Assembly: GCA_964016885.1 (NCBI GenBank) | Contig: OZ024742.1 | Location: forward strand, 116,436,001-116,500,000 | Length of the DNA: 64,000 nucleotides | From: Eledone cirrhosa | Taxonomy: Eukaryota | Direction: 5' to 3' | Part shown: in pieces, positions 1-15,234 of the stretch | How the letters are laid out: every line of letters begins with the position of its first letter | How positions within the stretch are numbered: the first letter of the stretch is position 1 | The notes under the pieces: model-generated | Told to the model about the DNA's origin: nothing | Seen by the model: the letters and a program-made list of their open reading frames with translations, nothing else | Database searches by the model: none | Translations under genes and position numbers: made by a program

Positions 1-3000
1 TTGTCCAAACTAATGATATTTAATCATCCAACTAGTAACTGTTGAAAACATTGGTTTAATGGTGTCGGGAGGAAGACTACTGCGAATGTAACTGTTATAA
101 AAAGCAGAAAGGTCGTTATACCAATTCGATTTGATACCATACAGCATATAAATCACAGAGTACCACCTTAAACAAGTAAATACAGAAAATATAGGGAAAT
201 CTATTTCTAGATAAACTTTAGCAGAAGTAAAATACAAGTAAGTTACAGCTGGGATGTGTGTATGTGTGTGTCAATCTCATTGTATGCAACAAATATAAGC
301 CGGTACTTCCATTTTTTGCGCCTTTGCACAAATGATAATTTAACCATTCGGTAAATATAGATGGATAACATAATCACTAACTCGTGATATATACTGGAGT
401 CCGTATAAATATAATGTGAGACACCATGCAGCTGCAGTCGGAAAAGTTTAATATCTCTGTTAAGTTTTAAAATAATGGGTTTATTAATGTAGTAGCTCAA
501 GACAATTACATATATTATTACTGACATTACTATTTGGTTTTCAGTTTGAGCATTTCCTTGAGTGTTTCACTCATACGGTCTTCCTAGAAGCGATTAGCCT
601 TATTTGCAATGCTGGAATGAAGATGGAATAACGGATTCAGAATGTGGCATCTATATAGAAAAGGGAATGCACAGCAATTATTACGGGTATTTTCTTTATC
701 CACCCAATAAGAATGAAAAGTAAAATTGTCCGCAGTGGAATTTTTAACGCAGAGAGTCAGATGCAATATTATAACACATCCTATCCAACGTTCTCACCAC
801 TGCAAATCAGCACCATTCAGCATGTATAAAACAGATTTATAGATGTTATATAAAGGTGGGTGTATGGAGCAATGTTTTAATGTTTTACCTCACAGTACTG
901 AGTTCAAATGTTAGATGAATTATATCACGTTGAATCGGCATTATACGTGACTTTAATGTATAAGGTTTTATGATTAGTGAAATAAAATCAATACGTATTA
1001 TTGATTTTAGTGTTTGTCTGCAGCAAATGAGAAAAAGAAACCAGAAGTTCAAAGAACTTTTCTGAAGATATGCTACAGAAGACATTAATCTGCCACGGAA
1101 CCACTACCTGATCCACGACATGCTGGACATAGCTTCCTAGATATTACTGTGTCACTGGAAGAAGAAGTGCATGTTAGCTGCTGGAATGCATTTGATCATA
1201 GATCTGCTAAGTCGAAGCTGATCTGGAATTAAACTACAGCACTAATAACAACAATAGCTGCCGTCTGAATTTTCTTTTATTTATTCATAGAAAGTGAGCC
1301 AATGTGGATGATGAGCTTCATCAATAATTTCAGAATAAAATGTTATTTTGCTGTTTCTAGTCAAGGTTGTTAATGTCGAATAGAAATTGTGGTGGTCAAT
1401 TAATACTAGTGTGTAATATCGGTATAAAATTTTATTTACTATTTAGTTAGAGAATGACGAGCAGAATCTACGACTCTTTTCCGGACCTTCCAGGCTGGTA
1501 TGAGTAAATAAATATACGAGGATCTTCAACAGAGTGGTCCTGACTAAAAACATTCAAGATTCATGCTTTGATGTTAAAAAGGCTACAGTGTAATATGCCA
1601 TCCTAACGAATGCTAAGAAGTAATATATTAGAATTATTTATTAGAAATATTTTGTTTCGATTGCAAAATTATTTCTTACAACCGGGTTAGCCCTAGTCGA
1701 GTACACCTATGATCAAAGGCGTTCCAGCTATGATCATCCTGTCTTATTTTCACTATATAATGTTTCTGGGACACCCTTATTAAATGCGTACTTCGTTTTC
1801 AATGACAGTGTAGTTTGAAAATGTTTTAGCTGCTTTTTTTCTAGTAGGTTGAGTGATTATGTAGGAACTCCTAATCTCTTCGTTAGCTCAAGTAATTTTG
1901 CAATGTACTCAGTTTAATAGATTTTATAATCAAAACGTTTTTCTATATATACTTTCTATGTTCATGTATAAGAATATAAGTAAGATAACGTAATTCTATT
2001 AGGGCAGTTTCTTTGCATATATATATTTCATTATGTTCACTGGTTTTCTCTTCAAGTCATTTTCCATTAGAATTTATTAGACGTCAATAAAAGGATTCGG
2101 TTGCTCTAAGTCTCTCTCTACGTATAAATAGATTTGCAAAATGGATACATAAATGATAGTAGATATCTTAAAGATTAATAGAGAAAAAACAACGTCTGAA
2201 AACTACTGAAACTGTATATATATGCAAATTTATATTCATTTAATTATTTAAATATATATGTATTAGAAAACCACATATAGTTGAGTTGATACGTATCGAT
2301 TAACGAAAGTTGTCGGTAAAACTTATTATCACTAATATTTGTCTGTGTATATATTCCAAGGATTTATCTCTTATCGTCGTTCTTGGCATAGCAGAGAGGT
2401 ATAGTAAGGTTTGGAAACACTGCTATATAGGCATGTGTTTCACTAACTCGTATGACTGATTTTACTTCGTCCTGTAGATGTATTCAGAAAAATGGCGAAC
2501 AATCGTATTCAGATACAACTTATTATTCCAGTCGTTCGATCAAATGAAGTCTTATAATCAGATTAGTATATATATGGTTTAATATTCCAGAGACACGTGT
2601 ATCCTTAATGTAATTTTCAGGGAAATTCAACATGGCACAATATATGAAAAACAACTGTTCCTTTGTATCACAAGTTCAGTTCATCTGACGAGCTTTCAAA
2701 CAGTTTTACTCACAAAATACGGATCCACCCGAGGCTATGGTAAAACACACACCGAAGATGCCCTGCTGTGTCATCGAACCTTGAACTTCATGTCTTAACC
2801 TTTCGATTATGCTGCCATCCAATATGACCGATAGCTCATCGAAGAAAATGTATGGTTATCAAGCATCGTCAAGTAATATGGAACTCTAAGTATTCTTCAT
2901 TTTACAATGAGAAATCTTGTGACTGATACATGCTGAGGTAAGGGTCTGGATAAATGTTTAAAAAGTCAACTTTTTTTTTATATATATCTGATCCGGTTCT

Positions 3001-5156
3001 GTGCCAGCTTTGTTCAAATCTTGCTTTGTTCCAAATGAAAAAACAATGGAAATATTTGTTGCTTTTCTTTTATTCTTTCTTGCTTTATCCAATCTGATGA
3101 TTGGCTTCTTTTCATTCCTTTCACGTTTTAATGAAGATACCTCTATTACTATTGATTTCTTTAAAAATTGAAATTGAACTGACGCAATACTCCTTAAAAT
3201 TGAACTGTAATGCTTTCTTTGCATTGTCGATTTCAAGAGATTACTTGCTATGATTTATAACGTCCAGTCTACACTTGATAAAAATATCGCAGGCTGAATA
3301 CTTACGGATTTCAACTGGTCTTTGCTTTTTGAGGTCAAACATCATGGCATCTTAGCTCTGAGATCATTACATGTTGGGATTTAGCACACTTGAAAACGAG
3401 CACTATAAAGTAAAATTATACAAGCTATTTCAACTTTAATATGCATAGCATCTCAAGAATTCACATTAGCTTCTATGCTGTAAGCACTGTTGTAAAGTAA
3501 AACAAGCAGCGCAAAATTAAGTAAGTTTTGGTTACTTTTGTATTCACTCTTCTTATGGCCTTGTAACACAAAGTTTCAACATTAATTATTCTTATGGTAT
3601 CAACAGATTACTTTCGCAAATGACGACGACGGGATAAAAACATTGACAGGATTTCCAAGCTCCGTTAAGTATCATTCGTTGAAATAACATTTTGCATTTA
3701 AAGTATGTTTCTCAAAAGTGGAAAGATAGGAATGAAAAGGAAGAAGAACGGAGGAACTGTGTTTTCCAATATAGCTTCAACCACATCCCCGAAAACATTA
3801 AAATAAAACAAATGAGATAAAAGTATAAAAATAAAGAGAAACAAAATTACTGAAGCCGACATAATTTCATATAACAGCCAATCAAATTGAGTAAGCTATG
3901 TTTTACATTTGTCTTACTGGGTATCCTTTTTATTGGCCTCTAGAGGATAAATGCTGGATAAATCCAATTTATACAAAATCGTCTGCCAGACCAATAATTT
4001 TAACATCCTTCATTTATAAATATCAAAATGTTGCAAGTAATGAATTTTGGATATTCTATAATGTGCTTTTTTTTTTAGAGGCGGTGGGGTGGTCATATGA
4101 CTGCGACCATACTAAGAGCATTACCTATTATATCCTCTTTTGAACATTTTCTCATACCGTACATATTTTATCGACATCGGCAAGTATATATATGATACAA
4201 TTCACCGTCGAACAGTAAGTAGCGTGATAATAAAATAAGCAAAATAGGACATTTAGATGAGCTGAAAAATACAATGGATTTTAATCCTTAGCAAAATAGA
4301 ATATATATTTTATTTAAGTTTACACATTGAAAAGCAATTTGTTAGGCGTTTATAGCCGAAAGTTGATATAATTTAAAACAATAATATAAATGCCAGAAAA
4401 GGGTAAATATTTAAAATCGATATCTTGGACATATTCCATGACTTCAATGCTATCGAAGTAGTTCCGGCTCTTTGCATTTAATCATCAAATTCCGCCGACA
4501 TTAACATTGCTTTTTGTCCTTCCAGTTTCGATGAAATAAAGAATCAGTCACGTAGTGGGGCTGATTTAATCGGTTTTGCTCTTAACCAAAATTTGTTAGC
4601 CCTTTGCTTAAATTAGGAGTCAATGTTTGAGATAAAATCAATAACTATGCCTCCTGAATTCGATAGTATATTACAGCGAAACGACATGTGAAGTTTTTGC
4701 CTGACACAGATCAGTATGTTCTTTACTCCGATTTTTTAATAACTCTGTTGAGTTATACGAAGAAATTTACTTCAAATATCAAAGGGCCGAATACAAGCTC
4801 TTTCTTCAGGCAAAAATATATCCAGACCGTAAATAGATGAACAAAAGGCTGAAATAAACACAAAGTTAAAAACGTTAAAAAAAAGTAAACACCTGTGCGA
4901 TGGCATGTAAATTTAAAAGTTAAATATTTAAACTCAATATTCACCGTTATGAGGCTAGGGGGGTTATTCGCGAATAATGAAATGTTAATTTTTTTGTGAC
5001 ATAAGGACGCTGGAGGAACGGTTGTACGTGGGAACATCCAATAACGGTACAAATAGCAGCTGCCGATCAAGTGACATTCTATGTCATACCGTGAAAAAAT
5101 CTTCTATCCGAGGCACACATACACACACACACACTTACTTCTTTCTCTCTCTCTAT

Positions 5157-5190
<34 letters not shown>

Positions 5191-5240
5191 GCGTGTGTGT
5201 GTGTGTGTGTGTGTGGGTTTGTGTGTGGGTGTGTGTGTGG

Positions 5241-5325
<85 letters not shown>

Positions 5326-5394
5326 TGAATGCATATATATAAACACACATACACACAAATATATATATATATATACATATTCCGAAATCATTAT

Positions 5395-5606
5395 ACGTGA
5401 CCGTCGAGCCTGCGGGTCCAGAATTAGACAGATCCACACAATGATCGCGTCTCGAGCTGTCCGCCGGGGAAACAATTGTTAACACACAATAAATTGAGTT
5501 CAGATGCATCACTGATTTTTCGTTTTATATTCTATCATACTCTATGCTCTTACAGAGCATAGAGTGCTCAACTGGCATACCGCCTATGGAAGCATCTTAG
5601 CTACCA
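5395..5606 (+). repeat. Decayed member of the same hammerhead-bearing family as 12942-13236
   Basis: Shares GAAACAATTGT-AACAC..AATAAATTGAGT.CAGATGCATCACTGATTTTT and TGGCATACCGCCTATGGAAGCA with the 12.9-13.2 kb copy. Confidence 0.75.
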
Positions 5607-5610
5607 TCAG

Positions 5611-5695
<85 letters not shown>

Positions 5696-6357
5696 GAAGT
5701 GTTCGAGTAGCCGAAATGTACGATAAAGTTATATCGGTATATATACATATATAGAGTGGGTAATATAGAGACGTAAACATGCCAGAAAATACAAGCATAT
5801 ATGGGCCACTATTAAAAGGTGTGTATGTCATTAAAAGGTGTGTATGTCATCTAAACAACAACATGAAAACACGCATATAATGGGCTTTTATGCCCTTCGC
5901 TCTTTGTAGTATTCTGAAAGGGAAGAACTAATGTGTATATAATTACATCCGTGCTGATAGTTAATTAAGATATGTATCAAGACTAATTAGAGTCTGACTA
6001 AATACCACTGTATTTCCTCCGGATCTCATACACACAGACGCACAGAGATTCAAACACACATACCCGCGAAAATAAACGGAAGATAAAAAAAGGGAAACTA
6101 TTGTGTACAATGAAAATATATTATATTTTAACGCATGGTGTAGTAAGAGAAGAAGCTGATGGTATCGGATGCTAGTCATTTACAAGACGATAGAATTTGA
6201 ATCAAACAAGAAATAGTAAGGGGAGCGCGAGAATAAAAAATGTAAAAAGTACAAGTGCGATCATTAAGATATGTACATTTACGTATGTTTATGTATGTGT
6301 GTGTGTGTACATATACATATAAACATATATATATATATACCTTTCATTTATATATTT

Positions 6358-6434
<77 letters not shown>

Positions 6435-8197
6435 TATATATACATATGTATATATATATATATATATATACATATGTTTATATGTGTGTGGGTGTGGGTG
6501 TAAATATGTACGTATATATACATACATATATATATACATATATATATACACATAGATACGTATATATATATATATATATGTATGTATGAGTATATATATG
6601 TATGTATATATACATACATATTTACACACACACCCACACACATAGATACATATATATATATGTATACGTATCTATATATATATATAATACATATATATAT
6701 GTATATATACATATATATGTATATATATATATACGTATCTATATATTTATATATATATATATATATATATTTGTATGTGCCTCATCGGGACAGTAACTCA
6801 CTTCCTGCTGCTTTCTGTTGGAACTTGAGAACTGTCGAGAATATATAGTATATATACATATATAAGGTAAAGGCCTACTTTGGTTAAAGAATGACCACGG
6901 GATTTGTACATAGAAAGTTCACCCCTTAGGCACATCACGGGCCAGGTTGTTTGTGAAAAACTGTCATCCATGCATACCAGTCTCCCCTCTCCACCCTGTC
7001 CGAGAATCTAACTCACAACTCACGAGGAACTAAGCCATGTGCGCTTTCACACCCACACACACACATACACACACATTATATATTATGCGTGTATATACAT
7101 GTACATACACATATACTAGTTAAATATTGAATTTATAACTAAATATTATACCCAGCACTTTCGACACTTACCTAATAAGCCACCAGTACTCCACACACAC
7201 ACACGCGTGTGTGTGTCCGGTCTGTGTGTGTGTGTTTGTGTGTGTGTATGTGCGTGTGTGTGTGTGGGGAGGGGGGGGTTGTGTGTGTGTGTGTGTGTGT
7301 GCGCGTATTCATTGAAATAATTTAAAAACTTGAACGCAAGAATTGCTGTTGAAATAGCCAAATGCCAACAATGACAGCATGCGTCTGGTAAAATTTCCCT
7401 TTAACGAAAGTAATAAGTGGCCAATAAAGAGAAAGGATGAGAGGTGAGTGATCGGTGGAAAAATTATAGAACAGATAGAGTAAAGAAGAGGAGAAGAAGT
7501 TGAATTGATAAGAAGAACGAAAGAAGACAAATGGAGATCAGGGTTACAATCAGAGTTGAGATTAAAGTTATAAATGATACAAAATCACACACGCCTCTGA
7601 CCTCGTCAGCTTTCAAACACAGTTGAGGTTTCACACAAATTAATTTACAGGTCCGCAACTTTGTATTTTGCCAGCTTATACAACAGAAAATAAATATTTT
7701 TGCTGGTATTATGAGTGTACGCCAAGTCAAACTGTAGAGACGAACAGTTGAACATACAGACAAATCAGAGAGCGAAATAAAACGTGCCCTTCCACCACCG
7801 AACAAGTCAGTATTAGCCCTGCGGCACGGAAGTGACAGCAGGAGCAACTGGTAGGAGAAAGGCCAAAAGAGTGGGGCAGACTGAAAGGAAGAAAAAAGGA
7901 AAAAAGATTCAAATTATTCTTATGAATTTCAAATACACTCACATTTCGTCTACACTTTAGAGGCAACAATGTATATATACACACACACACACGCACACAC
8001 ACACGCGCATACACACACACATGTATATATATATATATACATATATTGATGGACATAGATATATATAGATATATTATCGATACGTAAATTAATATATATA
8101 TATAAATATATATATATATAACAAAGGAAGTGTGGTGAGGAACCAGATGGACCATAACGCACCAGAGTACACAATACTTAGGCTAGTAGAGCGGGTA

Positions 8198-8303
8198 ATA
8201 GGAAAATGTTTGACCCCGACGGCAGAGCTCAAGCCGTTTTGACGGCTATTTCTGAAATAGCCGTCGAAACGACTTGAGCTCTGCCGTCGGGGTCAAACAT
8301 TTT

Positions 8304-8308
<5 letters not shown>
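8198..8308. repeat. 111-bp near-perfect palindrome made of a hammerhead 3' half
   Basis: 55-bp arms with 2 mismatches. Arm consensus contains GAAACGGC-ttgagctct-GCCGTC-GGGG. Confidence 0.9.
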
Positions 8309-8341
<33 letters not shown>

Positions 8342-8375
8342 ATATATATAAATATAAAAATATATATATATATAT

Positions 8376-9505
8376 AAGTAAATAATCGAGAATCAGAATC
8401 TCGGCCCACGAAATAACGATAAACAATCTTCGACATGTGTGGCAGAGGGCTCAATAGTTTGGATGAACCAGAGCTATAACTATCGTTAAAATACCAACAC
8501 ATAGAGACGATGCCTAGATCATTCACACAGCCGAAAAAAACGACCAGGAAAATTCGGGTCACTCAAATAATAAATTAATAAATTAATAAATTAAATGAAT
8601 GTAAAAACTCACCCGGACCCGCTAGAAGGATGTTAAATTCTAGCCTTTTGGGTTTCTAAGTTCCTTAATCAATTACTGTCTGCCCACATGAAAAAAAATA
8701 TCTGACTTCTAGTAAAGAGATGAACGTGGAAAACTGCTTTCTCAGCGGACGTTTCGTTCAAAAATACAGGGGACCTGTTACTGGACGCACGTGTAGTCCA
8801 GCAAGGGAGGGAACCCCTATATATGGCGAAAGAATTCAGTAAGTGTAAATTTTGTAGGAATACAAAAAATCACATATCGAATAAGAGTTCTCAACAGACG
8901 TGTTAAAATAAACAAGAGCTATTCATCAGTCAATAAGATCAGCTAAAAAATCAATAAAATTAACTGGTCAATAGCTAAAGCCTGGAGATTAATACAAGTA
9001 AATAATCGAGAATCAGAATCTCGGCCCACGAAATAACGATAAACAATCTTCGAGATGTGTTGCAGAGGGCTCAATAGTTTGGATGAACCAGAGCTATAAC
9101 TATCGTTAAAATACCAACACATAGAGACGATGCCAAGATCATTCGCACAGCCGAAAAAAACGACCAGGAAAATTCGGGTCACTCACAATAATAAATTAAT
9201 AAATTAATAAATTAAATGAATAAAAAACTCACCCGGACCCGCTAGAAGGATGTTAAATTCTAGCTTTTTGGGTTTCTGCAGTTCCTTAATCAATTACTGT
9301 CAGCCCACATAAAAAAAATATATCTAACTTCTAGTAAAGAGATGAACGTGGAAAACTGTTTTCTCAGCGGATGTTTCGTTCAAAAATACAGGGGGACCTG
9401 TTACTGGACACTCGTGTAGTCCAGCTAGGGAGGGAACCCCTATATATGGCGAAATAATTCAGTAAGTGTAAATTTTGTAAGAATACAAAAAATCACATAT
9501 CGAAA
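8376..9505. repeat. Tandem direct duplication, ~620-bp period, between (TA)n tracts
   Basis: 8376-8883 matches 8996-9505 with scattered substitutions. Confidence 0.92.
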
Positions 9506-9535
9506 TATATACATAATATATATAAATATATACAT

Positions 9536-9568
<33 letters not shown>

Positions 9569-11074
9569 CTTACATACATTCATACATGCATACATACGTA
9601 CATACATACATGCATGCATACATACATACACACATACATATTCAGCCTATCTAAGCGTGTAACTTTCGTATATATAGCTAAATATTTTCTTATTAAATGT
9701 TATCCCTTGTTTTTGTTGTTATTTCATTATTTCGTGCCTCTTGTTGCAATTCTATTGAATTTAGCTGGCTAATAACTACATGACTCAAATGAATGGACGG
9801 ATTATATAAGTTGGCGTCTCTTTCAAAAGTAGTTGTTTACTGAAATTGTTCGTTATTAATCGGAAGTGAAGACATTGTAGGTGGTTCTAAAGAGCAGACG
9901 TTGAAACTACACAAGCTATAAAGAAAAGAGAAATTTGAAAAACTGATGTGAGATCGAGAGTGTATTGAAGAAGAAAAACGTGACTATATGATGAGGAAGT
10001 ATCCGTATTGATCGCAAGTTATATAAATCTTGGATCAATACTGTAATATGTTTACTGATCAGTATAGAAATTTTTTCTCTTATTTATTGATCAATATATA
10101 TTTCATTTTATTTTGAAACTGCGCAGTAAATCTAGAACTATTTGTTCGCATTTTCATTCGGAATGAAATATAGATTGTTTTGTTTCAATAGGGAAAATCC
10201 TCTCAGCACTTATGATACTTCTTCCAAACTGCATTATTTTTCCTGTTAAAAGAAATAAAATGAAAGCTATGTAAATGAAAAGATGCTGAGTTTACATAGA
10301 CATTTTTTTTTCAATTGTAATGAAACAAAAGTTAGGAAAGCAGAGCGTTACTGAAGCTATTATTTACGAATGGGGTGTATAGAGATGAAATACATGTTTT
10401 GGGGCGTAGATGTTTGGATATTAGCCAACCAACACCGTTGTTGTTCATCTCTATGTAAGTCTATAAAAGGCCTTCAGCGATTTTTCGATTATGGGACCTG
10501 ACAACGAGGTTGAATATTTCTACTGAGCCACAAATGCTGATTTTATCCTTACTAAGCGAAGTGTTTAAAACAAGGATATAATTCTGTGTTGTGGACCTAT
10601 CAGCTGTAAATAGGTACCTCCTGGGAGTAAATTCTGCCATTATAAGAAACGAGAAATATTATGGGGAATACTAAGACAGCAACAGTTCGTCTACGTTGTG
10701 GCTCCTACTACTAGAAATAGAAACCACAGGTATCTCATCTCTCATCATATCGTCTTGAAAATATTAAAGTAACTGTGGAGGAAGAAAGCACATTCACGGT
10801 TAAAACTACTAGCTAAATCAGGCATGAGGTAGTGTTAAACAAGAGTACTCTATATATTACTATTTGTTCGTTATCCAGAAATAACAGGCGCAGATACTCA
10901 ATAGTTTGAAATATTTTCTACCACTCGCCCATGCTGCATTTACCACTTGCATGGTACTAAGACACAGACATTACCGCCACCGCTTTTCGATTTCTCAGGT
11001 AAAATTTTGTTTCCTGTCCAACGAGCAAGAACAACAACAAAAACTATAATAACTAGCGTTTCTCAATCACAGGG

Positions 11075-11290
11075 GATGGCATTAGATTGGCAGCGTTGAT
11101 AGAGAGACGTACATATTCTGTTAATCCCGGGTTTTACGTTGAGTTAAATTCCTGTCGAGGTCAACTTTGCCATTCATCTTTTCGAGGTGGATAAAACGAA
11201 GTACCAGTCGAGTACTGCAATCGATATAATCGACTTTCCCTTCCACTAAATAGTTAGCCTCATGTCTAAATTAGAAACCGTTAATTATTT
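11075..11290 (+). mobile_element. SINE, same family (other copies at ~4440+, 11800-, 19930-, 20390-, 30400-, 37690+, 37860-)
   Basis: GAGGTCAACTTTGCCATTCATCTTTTCGAGGTGGATAAAACGAAGTACCAG..TCTAAATTAGAAACC. Confidence 0.75.
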
Positions 11291-12888
11291 AGTGGCTGAA
11301 AATAATTTCACCACGACGGAGCAATATTTTTTCGACACGTAATTCTTTATTAAATCTTTTGTTGAACAGAAAAGTATCCTAATTGGATGCCATATCATTT
11401 CAGAAATATTCTAGTGTTCCACGAACAGTATAATTAGACTGTCTTACTGATTTCCAACATAATTAGATAAAGATAAAATATGATAGGTTAGATTAATATA
11501 GAGGCATCTATGAGAGAAAATGTTATATTGGTTATGCTAAGCAATCCGATTGTGTGTCCGTTTCAAATTACTCAAGGATAAAAATTAGTGTCTTTAGTTA
11601 ATAGGACTTTTGATGTGAGCCAAATGATTTGTGTCCGAGTTAATTTCTGTTTAATATTCCTGCATATTGTGTGTGTGTGAATAAGATTTTGTTTCCATTT
11701 AATAATTACAAACAATTTATTTTTGTATATGTGTATATATAAACAAAACACTGCTTTAGTACGAGACTGAGAGCTATGAATGTTAAATTCTAATTTAAGC
11801 ACAATCTAGCATTTTGTTTTGGAGGAAAGGCAAAGTTAATTAAATCAACTTGAATACTTGATATGTATTATCTTCTATCTAGCCCCACAAGGATGAACAT
11901 CAAAGGTGGTATTTGGAATCAGAATCTAAAACGCCAGAACAAATATCACAATGACATTTTATCCGAAGCTCTACCAATTCCGTTAATCCACTGCACTCTA
12001 TATATCAACAATGTATACTTCCAAAGAATGTTTATAGCGCTAGCGTTAACTGAACATTTATGAATATTTCATTTTGTTTTGGCTCAGTGATGGAGGAGAA
12101 AATGCTTCGCGATGTTTGTTTCGGGGCTTAGATTTCAAATCCCACTGGCGTCAACTTTGTATTTCAAAATTTAGTAGTTAGCGTTAAACGGAATGTGTTA
12201 TGGTGTTTGTTCCAACTCTCTATTGGAAAAGGATGGGTAGGTCCCCGGTTTGTGGATACCAACTTCCGTGTATCCCATCATTGTTAGTGGCACTGGTAAT
12301 GGTCATGCACACTGTCATTCTTTCCTTGATTAATCAGTAAAAACGAAAATCAAGATAATGCATTTCTATTATAAAATCATTAAAGGTAAATTCATGTTGA
12401 TATTCAGCTTCCTGTTGCCCCACCAAATCTAACAGAACTATGATTAAATGCATCCATACTTTAAATACGAAGCGGTCACAACTGGAAAGTCTTTGAACAT
12501 ATATAAAATTAATCACGTGTGCATTTGGGCTAAACGAAAATAAACACATGTTCTGTAGATGTTTCTACTAAATGACTACAATAATGAAGACATTTGGAAT
12601 TAGTCAAAAATATAACAAAAATAAAGAAATTAAATAAACTAAAGAATAAATCAATTGAATAAATAAATAAGAACTCTTAAGCGTAGGAAGTAGGCTACAA
12701 ATTTTCGGGTAAAGAGCGTAATCGATTATATCGACCTCAAAAATTTAACTTAATTAAAATAAAGACATGCATACATACATGATGGCAGATATACATATAA
12801 AGAGAGGCATAGATACTTCCACACACAGAGATGCTTCCACACACATAGATAATTCCACAGGCAGAGGCAAAGCACATACATGATTCTA

Positions 12889-12945
<57 letters not shown>

Positions 12946-12989
12946 TAAAAAAACGAAAAATCAGTGATGCATCTGGACTCAATTTATTA

Positions 12990-13080
12990 CGTGTTACAAT
13001 TGTTTCGCCGGCAGGTAGCTCGAGACATGGTCCCTATATGGATCTGGCTGATTCTACGGCTGCAGGTTCCTTCAGACACG
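12990..13080 (-). ncRNA. Type-I hammerhead motif with extended stem II, slightly decayed core
   Basis: Minus strand reads CGTGT-CTGAAGG-..CCTGCAG...CTGCCGGC-GAAAC-AATT-GTA-ACACG. Confidence 0.7.
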
Positions 13081-13246
13081 GGTAGTTCGTTCGGAGCAAA
13101 TGTTATCACTGGGGTCTTATCATCAAAAAAACACCTTCAAAAATGTTTCGTCTTTTTTATACTATCCACACTCTAATCTGTTGAATATTGAGTGCTAATT
13201 TTGGCATACCGCCTATGGAAGCACCATAGGTACCATTATACACAAG

Positions 13247-13411
<165 letters not shown>

Positions 13412-14466
13412 TATATATACGTTTGTGCGCACGCGTAAATAAATACTCATTAATTGCAATAAATGTGTTGCTGTAGCTAATAATAATGTTATAAGTTTCA
13501 CAGTTATTATTAAGCTTGCATCGGTTCTTTGTCTAAACGATTCATCGGGGTCTTTGCATATTATATTAGGTAGCAAAACAACTATTTTGGTTCCCTTTTA
13601 ATAATGTTTAGCCTCTTGGGTTTTCTAACGCTTAATCTCGGATTTTGAAATGAAATTCTTCTGGGAATTCTTTCTACATATTTCTATAGGTGGAATGTTT
13701 GAGTAATTGAATATATGCATATAATCTTGTTGGATTCTAAATTAGGACGAAACTAATGTGTATTTTGTAGAGAACGAACAATACGATTTTACGCATGCGT
13801 ATCCAAAGTACAAATACGATGATTATATCAACCATTTCGAATTCCATTTATAATTCAATCTTTAAATAAAATAAATTAAACTGTTGTAGGAATATATGAA
13901 TCTTTCATTCTTACTATAGCATAGTTTAAAGCAGAAACAAATCTAACAATTATTGATAACGTTGACATTCAAGTTCCTAGAACGCTAATGTTAGAAGTTA
14001 CGTGGTTTTCTCTTGAGTGAAACAGTAAATATGATAAAAGTAAAGAATCGAATAATCGTAGAGGTTTTGTTTTATTTATTTTATTTATTTATGTTTTTTT
14101 TATAATGAATACCAGATACACTGATCAAAGAGAAAAATAGAAAAATGATATTTACTGGACATTAAGGGGTTTCTTTTATTCGGCTCAATCGTCAGTGTCG
14201 CGGCTGACTAATTCTTAGAAATTTCGCTGAAAAATAACTACGTAAATGAGGTTTATTAGAAGATGTCAGACGAATATTTTACCTGACGTTAACTGCTGTT
14301 TTCTTTTTTTTTCTTTACATTGCTGAAAGTTGAGCCACAACTGTAATTTCATTTACGAGTTCTTTTGAAAACTGTGTGTGTTTGTATTTGTGTCTATGCG
14401 CCGGAGTGTATGTACGTATATATATATATATATATATATATAAACATATATATGTATATATATATC

Positions 14467-14513
<47 letters not shown>

Positions 14514-15037
14514 TTGTGTGCGCGCACATGTGAGTGTGTGCGTGTTTGTGTGGTCGTGTATGCATGTGCGTGTTTGTGTGCATGAGGGTGAATGTCTGCG
14601 TGTGTGTGTGTATGTGCCTGTTTGTGTGTGTGTGTAGTAATATAAATATATATCAAAGCTGAAAATCACCTTCGATTTATATTGGCTACAGACATATTGT
14701 TTCCGAGGTAACCTGATTATGAGAGATAGAGAGAGCTTTCTTTTCGGAAAGTATTTTCCAGTATAAACGCAACCATGTCTGTTCAATGATATGTATGGTT
14801 ATTGTGCGAATAAATTGTTATATTTCTTTGTAAATATATGAGGACGGAACGGAGCGTATTTATTGATTTTTGGCGTGCATATATTCGATAAAGACACGTT
14901 TAACATTCTGCTTGTGTACGGCTGTGTAACTCTACGCTTATGCGTAATATTAATATTAGCAGAGTATATAGTTTTAGAAGTTGGTTATAAGCTTGCGTTT
15001 GATAGCAAATACCAAACAATACACACTTCACTTTATT

Positions 15038-15157
<120 letters not shown>

Positions 15158-15190
15158 AGACAATTATATATGCATATATACACATATACA

Positions 15191-15234
<44 letters not shown>

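Noticed and set aside
5811-5850. 19-bp tandem duplication ATTAAAAGGTGTGTATGTC
   Set aside because: Ordinary slippage event.
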